Source of the DNA: a virus
Length of the DNA: 64,000 nt
Strand: one strand, 5' to 3'
Virus record (IMG/VR): IMGVR_UViG_3300042888_002402
Below, piece after piece: positions 56,840-64,000 of this stretch. Positions within the stretch are counted from its first letter, which is position 1. The number at the start of each line of letters is the position of its first letter. The notes below the pieces were generated by a model that saw only the letters and a program-made list of their open reading frames with translations, had not been told where the DNA came from and ran no database searches. Position numbers and translations under genes: made by a program.

Positions 56840-57864
56840 AGGTATGTTTCTAATCCACCGCGTCGACGCAGATCCTGTGTGCAACAACTTATTCCGCCAT
56901 CCCAAAAATAACTGTGTCTTAATTCGCAAATGATAGGTTCAATATGATGGCGATGGCAAAAATCAAAAACATTTTTATTGTACGCACTGAATATGACATG
57001 ACTTTCATCTAGCACCAGACAGTTGACATCAAACACAGTTTCGGCAACAAAGCCAGTCCATTTATTAAGATAAGTGTCTACAAACTGAGTAAATTCAGGT
57101 GTAGGAGTTTGTCCTTGCACATACCAAGCACCCGGATTTGCATCATATTTAAACTTTCCAACTTCCATGGCAGCCCATATACTAGAGTCCCAAATTTTTA
57201 AGACTTCCCAACCCGGAAAGTCTTCAGCCAGATGCAAATGCATATCGTGTTTGCTTGATAATATAACACCAGGTTTAAGAATAGCAAACACAGCATCGCC
57301 ATGTCCGTCGGTTACAGCTTCGTGAATGCGATAGCCTTCACCCAGCATGTTGTCCACAATCCAACGAGTCTGATCAGGCCGCAAGAAATCTGAGTTGTCA
57401 AAGAACACATCGCGCCCCACACGCACAATACAACTGGCACTGGCACCATTTAGGATACAGTCTTTGTCCCAACGACTCTTGTGTGGATTAACAACTTGAT
57501 CGCCAAATTCAGCACAGATGTTATCTAGTTCTTCTACGTTGATCACACGCAACAGTTTATCACCCAGGGTGATTTGCCAATCTCGTGGCGTCAGTGGCGG
57601 CAGCGGAACACCTCCTCCTCCTTCAGTTTGACGCCAAACAAATGCGTCTTTCCAGGGCAAGCTGGGGCGATGTACTTGAGCCCCATACTTCTCAATGGTT
57701 TTTTGCAGGCCGTCGAGATCCTCTTCAGTTTCGTGGAGAATCTGTTGCAGTTGATTACGCACTTGCGGATTGTCAATAAAATCAAAGTAATCGGGTGGGT
57801 AGGCGCGACCTACAATGACCTCTTCAAGAGGTTGCCAGCTGGTGTAGGAGTTAATTTTGTTCAT
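56836..57864 (-). CDS. Amidinotransferase family protein (glycine/inosamine-phosphate amidinotransferase-like)
   Basis: NSYTSWQPLEEVIVG, VHRP, PRD, RVGRD, GHGDA.F..LKPG, FDVNCL, FWDGGISCCTQDL.R (C-terminal catalytic Cys region). Confidence 0.85.
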   Translation of the reverse strand: MNKINSYTSWQPLEEVIVGRAYPPDYFDFIDNPQVRNQLQQILHETEEDLDGLQKTIEKYGAQVHRPSLPWKDAFVWRQTEGGGGVPLPPLTPRDWQITLGDKLLRVINVEELDNICAEFGDQVVNPHKSRWDKDCILNGASASCIVRVGRDVFFDNSDFLRPDQTRWIVDNMLGEGYRIHEAVTDGHGDAVFAILKPGVILSSKHDMHLHLAEDFPGWEVLKIWDSSIWAAMEVGKFKYDANPGAWYVQGQTPTPEFTQFVDTYLNKWTGFVAETVFDVNCLVLDESHVIFSAYNKNVFDFCHRHHIEPIICELRHSYFWDGGISCCTQDLRRRGGLETYL

Positions 57865-58048
57865 GTAAGTTCCGTAGTAAAGTATTTAATCTGTCCAGTT
57901 TTGTGGATTGATATAACTGCCAGGTGTGCAGTATGTCATCACAGCAGCGCAGAAACACGCCGTGTGGATCTTGTTGTATTTGTTGTAATGTGTGTTTTAT
58001 TTTGTCGTTAAGAATACGATCAGCTACAAAATTAAACTGTAAACTCAT
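57851..58048 (-). CDS. 65-aa bridging ORF, possibly an internally deleted gene
   Basis: Overlaps both neighbours; no recognisable domain. Confidence 0.4.
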   Translation of the reverse strand: MSLQFNFVADRILNDKIKHTLQQIQQDPHGVFLRCCDDILHTWQLYQSTKLDRLNTLLRNLHEQN

Positions 58049-59123
58049 TAAACATCTCCATTAACTCTTTCCATAATATGTTTTCAAATCCTGTGCCATA
58101 AAAATGTTCAAAGTTATGTTCCACTATTGGCACACAAGCACGATGTATTTGTTGTCGTTCTTTAATAGATAGACTGTTTAAATCTTTAAGTAATTGTGTA
58201 ACTTTTTCAATTCTCTTAATATCGTTGGTTTCTTCATCATAGCTTTCGTCAAAAATTCCTTGAAAAGTTTGAAACCCGTAACTTCTCATATAGCGTAAAC
58301 TATGTGCAGGTGCTACTAACACAAACGGCATTTCTAGTGCAATAGCCTTGAATGTTTTTTCTGTTATATGCAATCGTTGACCAAAATACACTGTTTCTGT
58401 TGGTACATACACCAAACTATCTGCTGCCTCATCAAAGTTAGTCAACCAACAACTGGTCATTTGTTGGGTTTCTTCCCCCGGAAATAGTTTAGGTAAGTCT
58501 GCTGTCCGAAACATTTGCTCTATGTCAGGATATATGTTATTATACTTTTTAGCTACTACTGAAATATCTATATTTTCGTATACACATGTGCGTGGCGCAG
58601 ATATCCAGTTGTTTTCTAAATTATATTTGAATACATTATACAAAAACAACACACGATGATCACGTTTTCCGGCAATAATGCGATTGGGACTTATAAAAGT
58701 TTTTGTTGGTGCACGATCACGAGCACGTGGTATTAGGAATGTTTTATCATACCCCCTGAACCAATCTTTACAAGCCCACCCATGATAAAAATAATAATGA
58801 CTACTCCATCCATAAGTTGCACACAGTTTCTCGACAAATTCACCTTGTTCACTGACAATTATGTGTCCAATTGGTTCTGGAGTTATATCACGATTTCGAA
58901 TCAAAACTTTTTGAAATAAAGAGTTGTGTAAATCTAAATGCACAGGTTCTTGATCATGCAAAAATACATAGTCATTTTCTACAATGCTAACAACCCCAAG
59001 ATTAAATAGACTGTCTGGATTGGCACTACCAGGAGGGTCACAAAAAAATAATCTAGTACCAGGCTTATTTTTCTTTAGCCAAGGCCAAATTGTATTGTTG
59101 TAAATTTCATCTATTCTAATCAT
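58032..59123 (-). CDS. 'TEKT' family hypothetical protein (putative GT10/GT-B-like)
   Basis: HDQEP, NR....R.HR, YVPTET...HITEKTFKAIALEMPFVLVA...GFQTF...DESYD. Confidence 0.55.
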   Translation of the reverse strand: MIRIDEIYNNTIWPWLKKNKPGTRLFFCDPPGSANPDSLFNLGVVSIVENDYVFLHDQEPVHLDLHNSLFQKVLIRNRDITPEPIGHIIVSEQGEFVEKLCATYGWSSHYYFYHGWACKDWFRGYDKTFLIPRARDRAPTKTFISPNRIIAGKRDHRVLFLYNVFKYNLENNWISAPRTCVYENIDISVVAKKYNNIYPDIEQMFRTADLPKLFPGEETQQMTSCWLTNFDEAADSLVYVPTETVYFGQRLHITEKTFKAIALEMPFVLVAPAHSLRYMRSYGFQTFQGIFDESYDEETNDIKRIEKVTQLLKDLNSLSIKERQQIHRACVPIVEHNFEHFYGTGFENILWKELMEMFNEFTV

Positions 59124-59124
59124 T

Positions 59125-60729
59125 ATGTTTGACGTATTTTATTCCGGAATCAAGCCCAATTTATTTCCTCATGAGCAGTCAGCCACTGATATCGAGCATG
59201 CAATAACTCTGAGTGGTACAAGATATTTTTGGTGGATAAATTACTTATCGGACTACTCAGGCTTTGATTTTCTTTGGGAGCCAGTATCATGGGAAAAAGA
59301 TCAAACACATGTATGGCCCAGTCAACATCAAGAAAATGGCGGTACTTATCTTGTGCCTAAACAACACAGCAGTGAAGTCAACAGAAAACATAATAAAATA
59401 CCTCGTGTAAAAAGTGTACCTATCATAGGAATTGACCACGGCAATGGATTAAACTGTACTGTTGATAGATCTAGTAGATTTATAAATGACTATCTAGGAA
59501 CTCTTAAGCGTGTGTTGTCAACAGTGAAAGATGAGTATGTTTGGATAGTTAGCAGTGTATGTGATTATTCTGATTTTGATTTTACCTGGCATCCCAGTGA
59601 ATGGCAGGCCGCAATGTTGCATGTATTTCACAGCAACGAACAAAAATTTGGAGACACGTTTTACATACATGTGCCTAGCTTTCTTAAAGGAACTGAGAAT
59701 TTAGTGTTGTTAGAATGGTTCAATACCATTCACTTTGTAGAAGATATTCAAGTTCCACGCCGCCCTGTACCTGTGGTACAACACACGCATGACACTCATG
59801 TACAAGCAGTTTGGGAATATGACTTTCAAGATCCAGTGGTGGAATTTACTGTTGATAATTATCGTGGGGGTGTTCCTACAGTTAATCTTTGGCGGCAGTC
59901 TGTGCGTGATGTAACACCGTTGACTCCAGGAGCATCTCGAGTGCTGGTGCCAAGAGATGCTAAAAATCATTTAAAAACACAATTGTACGATTATCCAGTC
60001 ATAAACAAAACACATCGAACTGTTGGAAAAGACAATCCGTTAGATATTGTGTTTATCAGCAACGGTGAGCCCATGGCTGAAGATAACTGGCTTCATCTCT
60101 TTGACACATGCAGCCAACTCAACAGAATTACTCGTATAAATGGTGTCAACGGCCGTGTGGCAGCTTATCATGCAGCAGCCGCAGCCAGTAACACACCTTG
60201 GTTTTTTGCAGTGTTTGCTAAACTACAGGTAGAATCTATCTTTGACTGGTCCTGGCAACCAGATAGATTACAAGAACCCAAGCACTATATTTTTTATGCA
60301 GCCAATCCTGTGAATGGCCTGGTGTACGGACATCAAGCAATGATTGCTTATAATAAAAAACTAGTGTTAAACAACTCTGGTGTCGGATTGGACTTCACGC
60401 TAGACTCAGCACATGAAGTTGTGCCTGTTATGTCTGGCACTGCTTATTATTGTGAAAGTGCATGGGTGTGTTGGAGAACTGCATTTCGTGAAGCACTTAA
60501 ACTTCGACACAGTTTGCCCAACGTAGAAAATGAATATAGACTTAAATGTTGGTTAAAAGAAGACTCTGGTACTATTGCCAATGGACATTGGAGCCATAAA
60601 GGTGCACAAGATGCAGTGGAGTTTTATGAATTAGTAAACGGGGATTTTGCCGAGCTCAAAAAAAGCTATGACTGGGCTTGGCTGGCCAGCTATGCGTTTG
60701 TTAAACGGAATCTAACAACTGATCAATGA
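59125..60729 (+). CDS. Multi-domain putative glycosyltransferase-like protein with internal repeats
   Basis: Two FDF.W.P..W....HV(W/F).S....G.T repeats, then a domain similar to 37744..38676 (DIVFISNGEP, GVNGRVAAYHAAA, NGLVYGH, WRTAFRE..K) but with no DxD. Confidence 0.55.
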   Translation: MFDVFYSGIKPNLFPHEQSATDIEHAITLSGTRYFWWINYLSDYSGFDFLWEPVSWEKDQTHVWPSQHQENGGTYLVPKQHSSEVNRKHNKIPRVKSVPIIGIDHGNGLNCTVDRSSRFINDYLGTLKRVLSTVKDEYVWIVSSVCDYSDFDFTWHPSEWQAAMLHVFHSNEQKFGDTFYIHVPSFLKGTENLVLLEWFNTIHFVEDIQVPRRPVPVVQHTHDTHVQAVWEYDFQDPVVEFTVDNYRGGVPTVNLWRQSVRDVTPLTPGASRVLVPRDAKNHLKTQLYDYPVINKTHRTVGKDNPLDIVFISNGEPMAEDNWLHLFDTCSQLNRITRINGVNGRVAAYHAAAAASNTPWFFAVFAKLQVESIFDWSWQPDRLQEPKHYIFYAANPVNGLVYGHQAMIAYNKKLVLNNSGVGLDFTLDSAHEVVPVMSGTAYYCESAWVCWRTAFREALKLRHSLPNVENEYRLKCWLKEDSGTIANGHWSHKGAQDAVEFYELVNGDFAELKKSYDWAWLASYAFVKRNLTTDQ

Positions 60730-61813
60730 TGTATTCTATTTCTAAATCTGTAAGCTCAGGATACAGTGGAAGAGAAAGCACACGCCGACTGAGCATGGTT
60801 GCTACACTTGTCATATCGGGCCCAACAAACTGTTGATACGCAGGCAGTTCGTGCAATGGGTTACGATAGTGTATTTTAGTTTCTATATTTTTTAAGGCAA
60901 TTTTACGTTGCACTATATCTGCGTTGTCTACTTCTATAACAAACTTGTGAAAGCAATGTCCTGAGCGAGTTTGATCATTGACTAAACATCTAATATGATT
61001 GTGATCTTTTAGTCGATCGCACCAATGATCGACTATCTTTTCTCGTTGATGTTGCCACTGGTCAATGTACTTTGTTTTAACCAGCATGGTAGCACAGTCT
61101 ATTTCACTCATGCGGCTATTAGTTCCTGTTTCAACATTTCCGGGTTTACCATTGTCTCTCCAAGCCCGAGCAAATTCTGCCAGTTTGAGATCTGGAGTAA
61201 GCACTGCACCGCCATTGCCATAGTTAGACAAATTTTTCATTGGATCAAAACTAATGGCCATAGCATTGGCAATTGACATTTTTCTTGTAGATAGCCAATG
61301 TTGAGCACCATCTTCCAACAACAGTCCTGTGGATACTTTATTGGTCAATGTATAATGAGGAATTGCACCGTATAGTCCTACTAGTACTGTGGCATCATAC
61401 ACCTTGTTTTTGGAGATGTTTGAATAGTTAGCTAACCCATTACGGTCAACGTCTGAGAATTCTATATTCCAACCAGCCCGTAGAAAAGCATTGGCAGTGG
61501 CCTGATAGGTAAGAGTAGGTAACAGTACTGTAGCCGAGTTATTACTAGACAAGTAATTTTTGATGCAATACTCGGCTATGATTTCCAAAGCCTGAGTGCC
61601 ACTGTGACAAGTTATAGCATACTTGGTATTATTTTTTTTTGCCAACCAAGATTCAAATTCAACCGTGTAGTTGCCATTCATCAACTGTCCAGACCTCAGA
61701 ACAGTATCTATAGCATTGAGGATTTCAGATCTGAGATTGTTGTATTGCTTTTGGAGCCCAGTAAAGGGAATTTTTAATCCAGGTGTAGTAATTTTCAAAT
61801 CCTTCTTTGACAT
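60701..61813 (-). CDS. DegT/DnrJ/EryC1/StrS family PLP-dependent sugar aminotransferase
   Basis: SGTQAL, TYQATANA, VGLYG, EDGAQ, SFDPMKNL (PLP lysine), GNGGAV, NSRMSEI, IHY..PLH, LSLPLYP. Confidence 0.92.
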   Translation of the reverse strand: MSKKDLKITTPGLKIPFTGLQKQYNNLRSEILNAIDTVLRSGQLMNGNYTVEFESWLAKKNNTKYAITCHSGTQALEIIAEYCIKNYLSSNNSATVLLPTLTYQATANAFLRAGWNIEFSDVDRNGLANYSNISKNKVYDATVLVGLYGAIPHYTLTNKVSTGLLLEDGAQHWLSTRKMSIANAMAISFDPMKNLSNYGNGGAVLTPDLKLAEFARAWRDNGKPGNVETGTNSRMSEIDCATMLVKTKYIDQWQHQREKIVDHWCDRLKDHNHIRCLVNDQTRSGHCFHKFVIEVDNADIVQRKIALKNIETKIHYRNPLHELPAYQQFVGPDMTSVATMLSRRVLSLPLYPELTDLEIEYIIDQLLDSV

Positions 61814-62705
61814 CTACTTTGGGGTCAAATCCAAAGTCATTGCGTGCCGCATCAATATTTAATGCACCACGACTTGGAAAATCTGCATCCTTGTCTCTTA
61901 GTTCAATGGTGCCAGACCCTACAATATCAACAATCATTTTGGCAGCTTGGCTCAAACTAACACTATGACTCTTGGTAATATTATATATTTTATTATCAGT
62001 ATTATTACTCACGGCTGCTTCAACAATGCCTGCGGCTGCATCATCTACGTAGGTAAAGTCCAAGGTTTCGTTGGAGCCGTTTACATAAAGAGTTTCTCCG
62101 CGCATAGCTCTGAGCATAAATTTTGCAACCACTCGGTCTTCAACGTCAAGTGGTCCGTATACAGCGCTAGGGCGAATAATAGTATAATTAAAACTGCCAC
62201 GACGGGCGTAATCTTTGACAAGGTGTTCTCCTGATAGTTTCATAATTCCATATTGACCAATTGGATTGCATACAGCGTTTTCTGTTACATCATCCAAGAA
62301 GTCCCCGTAGACCATTGAGCTAGAAATGTACAATACTTTACGCACATGGTGTTTTCGAGCACTTTCAAGTATGTTAATAAGTCCTTCCATCATGACTCGG
62401 CTGCCCCATGCAGGATCAGCATTGACAACTTTTTGTCGCGGAAAACTGGCCATGTGTATAACAATTTCCGGTCTGTGTTTACCTATTACGTAATCCACAG
62501 TTTCTGCAGATTCAATGGATGCACTGTAAATCGGGCTATTAACTTTTTTTAGCCTTTCGCCCATAAGATAATCTAACTCATCTTGCGGAACAAGCCCGTA
62601 GTTTGTTTTATTGTCAATTATTGATACTGAATGATCTAATTTTTCTAGTAGATTTACTACATTATGACCAATAAGACCACACCCACCTGTCACTAATATA
62701 TTCAT
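61725..62705 (-). CDS. NAD-dependent nucleotide-sugar epimerase/dehydratase (extended SDR)
   Basis: From ATG 62705: ILVTGGCGLIG, SSSMVYG, YGIMK (YxxxK), RPSAVYGP, DFTYVDD. Confidence 0.9.
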   Translation of the reverse strand: MNILVTGGCGLIGHNVVNLLEKLDHSVSIIDNKTNYGLVPQDELDYLMGERLKKVNSPIYSASIESAETVDYVIGKHRPEIVIHMASFPRQKVVNADPAWGSRVMMEGLINILESARKHHVRKVLYISSSMVYGDFLDDVTENAVCNPIGQYGIMKLSGEHLVKDYARRGSFNYTIIRPSAVYGPLDVEDRVVAKFMLRAMRGETLYVNGSNETLDFTYVDDAAAGIVEAAVSNNTDNKIYNITKSHSVSLSQAAKMIVDIVGSGTIELRDKDADFPSRGALNIDAARNDFGFDPKVDVKEGFENYYTWIKNSLYWAPKAIQQSQI

Positions 62706-63697
62706 TTGGTTATTTCTCCGTATAGGTAATTGCTCCACCATTCATGCCCTTGTTCCAATGGATGCTTGGTAGCATGCGGACTATTAAATGGGGAATTTGT
62801 CAACCAGTTAACCGCTTCGAGTGATTGTTCTATTAGCTCGAGCAACTGTAGTTTACTATTTTGAATTTGTAGATGCTTGATAAATTTAGTAACTGGATCT
62901 ATAGCTATGCCACTCATTAAGTATAATGGATCTGGATATTTAGTTAAATTTCCGTGATCTGCAATAACGTCAACCCAGCGTTGAGTAACATAATTACCAG
63001 ACTGTAACTGTTTGTTATTGTTAAAAAAACTAGTAAAATTCCTACCTACATAACAGTTTAAATTTAGTTTACTAAATTTGTTGAGAACAGAATTTAGTGC
63101 AGTGACGGAGTATTGTTCAACCAGTTCTAGTAGTTCCAACACACTGGTGGCAAATTTTATTTTTAAATACAATTGTAATATATGAGTAAATTCTAAATTT
63201 TCCGTAGATAATTCATTTATTGCAAAAGACATGTCAGACTCATTATATGTGCCATTGACAATGTCATTGAACCTTGGCCAGGTGTCGCCGGCTAATACAT
63301 CAGTGTATAAAGATTCATAATCTAAAAAAGTGTTAGTTAATTCTCTGCCAGACTCAGTCAGCGTAACTACCAAATAAATTTGTTTGTATGTTTTAGTTAA
63401 CTCAGAAAGAACTTTATGCAGATGATTAATTACCGATATATTATCAAGTCCTGGTAGCCCAATATTAATAAAATCAGCTGAAAGTTTTTTTGCTAGTAGA
63501 TGCCCATAAATGTGATTGGTTCTGTGTTCAACGTTGTCATAATATCTATTGGTACCGCCAAGGCTATCGCCCCATGTCCAACTATCACCTGCAGTTATCA
63601 ATAATATATCTTTATTGTAATCTTTTTCAAAATACCAGTGACGATCCGGTTCATGCGGTAACATAAGTGAGTCAATGGATAATTGAGTTAACTGCAT
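62702..63697 (-). CDS. SGNH hydrolase-like protein
   Basis: TAGDSWTWGD, NIGLPGLDN, TESGR, C-terminal KHP...GH. Confidence 0.55.
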   Translation of the reverse strand: MQLTQLSIDSLMLPHEPDRHWYFEKDYNKDILLITAGDSWTWGDSLGGTNRYYDNVEHRTNHIYGHLLAKKLSADFINIGLPGLDNISVINHLHKVLSELTKTYKQIYLVVTLTESGRELTNTFLDYESLYTDVLAGDTWPRFNDIVNGTYNESDMSFAINELSTENLEFTHILQLYLKIKFATSVLELLELVEQYSVTALNSVLNKFSKLNLNCYVGRNFTSFFNNNKQLQSGNYVTQRWVDVIADHGNLTKYPDPLYLMSGIAIDPVTKFIKHLQIQNSKLQLLELIEQSLEAVNWLTNSPFNSPHATKHPLEQGHEWWSNYLYGEITK

Positions 63698-63999
63698 TTA
63701 TTGCCCCATCGTAATTGCCAATATACCTGATCAGACTCTGTTAATCTTGCAAATATATAATATTTAAATCCATAGTTGTAAAGATCTGGTCGTCTGACCC
63801 AGTAAGGTTTATCTTCTGCATGCGCCATGACCCAGGCTCCTGCTTCACTTTCTTGCCACTCTATCAATGGTTGTCCAGCATATAAATCTGGATCCTCTAC
63901 ATCGCCCATTGTAAATGAATGTACCTGGACATCACTAAATTTTACAGGTTTGTCGTTGACAATCTTTGTGTATGGTTCTTGAAATAGTTCAGACCATTT
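63688..63999 (-). CDS. Hypothetical protein, 3' part (start lies beyond the window)
   Basis: Frame stays open upstream of ATG 63909 to the edge: KWSELFQEPYTKIVNDKPVKFSDVQVHSFTMGDVEDPDLYAGQPL. Confidence 0.65.
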   Translation of the reverse strand, partial: KWSELFQEPYTKIVNDKPVKFSDVQVHSFTMGDVEDPDLYAGQPLIEWQESEAGAWVMAHAEDKPYWVRRPDLYNYGFKYYIFARLTESDQVYWQLRWGNKCS

Positions 64000-64000
64000 T

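Noticed and set aside
61725-61813. 89-nt overlap between the SDR and DegT genes as a frameshift fusion
   Set aside because: Both proteins are complete with all motifs in their own frames; a plain overlap or later DegT start explains it.
325-62552. Many short ORFs antisense to or nested in long genes (e.g. 325..675, 47639..48079, 50950..51441, 57574..58011)
   Set aside because: They lie within well-supported genes, show no motifs, and are expected shadow ORFs.
35311-64000. RiPP cluster (radical SAM/SPASM enzymes plus small precursor peptides)
   Set aside because: No RRE/PqqD domain, peptidase or exporter seen, and neighbours are sugar enzymes; the small ORFs look like accessory proteins or scars. 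Not strictly excluded.
35311-64000. Bacterial O-antigen/capsule locus flanking a prophage
   Set aside because: No flippase, polymerase, ABC exporter, integrase or att site seen; gene packing is phage-like and the same families occur inside the phage gp47-gp46 operon.
1-64000. tRNA/rRNA genes, introns, inteins, homing endonucleases, diversity-generating retroelement
   Set aside because: Intergenic gaps are short, and I saw no cloverleaf, intein splice motifs, HNH/GIY-YIG/LAGLIDADG or reverse transcriptase motifs by eye; a covariance-model scan would be needed to be sure.

Overview
The whole window looks like part of a large lytic T4-like (myovirus, probably jumbo) phage genome; I see no bacterial chromosome genes, tRNA, rRNA, CRISPR array, integrase or transposase. 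It has three blocks. (1) 1-5.2 kb, minus strand: gp55-like late sigma factor, gp47/Mre11-like and gp46/Rad50-like recombination nuclease subunits, with a putative glycosyltransferase-like gene between them and a truncated radical SAM gene downstream. (2) 5.2-35.2 kb, plus strand: baseplate/tail module (tube initiator-like, gp53-, gp5-, gp25- and gp6-like proteins, a 4773-aa virion protein, a tail-fibre-like protein), preceded by TAAATA late-promoter-like motifs and closed by a UUCG hairpin terminator. (3) 35.3-64 kb: a tightly coupled ~29 kb enzyme cluster with a DmhA/WcbK-like dehydratase, HddA kinase and Fcl-like epimerase-reductase (candidate GDP-6-deoxyheptose pathway), two more NDP-sugar SDRs, a DegT aminotransferase, an amidinotransferase, a NodU/CmcH carbamoyltransferase, five radical SAM enzymes with N-terminal Twitch-like domains, several GT-like and SGNH-like proteins and a TctC/Bug solute-binding protein. 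The best candidate for an undescribed system is block 3: a phage-encoded pathway for making and transferring heavily modified sugars, using the enzyme classes of aminoglycoside biosynthesis. Its target (virion proteins, host surface or DNA) cannot be determined from sequence. All family calls come from motifs recognised by eye; no searches were run.
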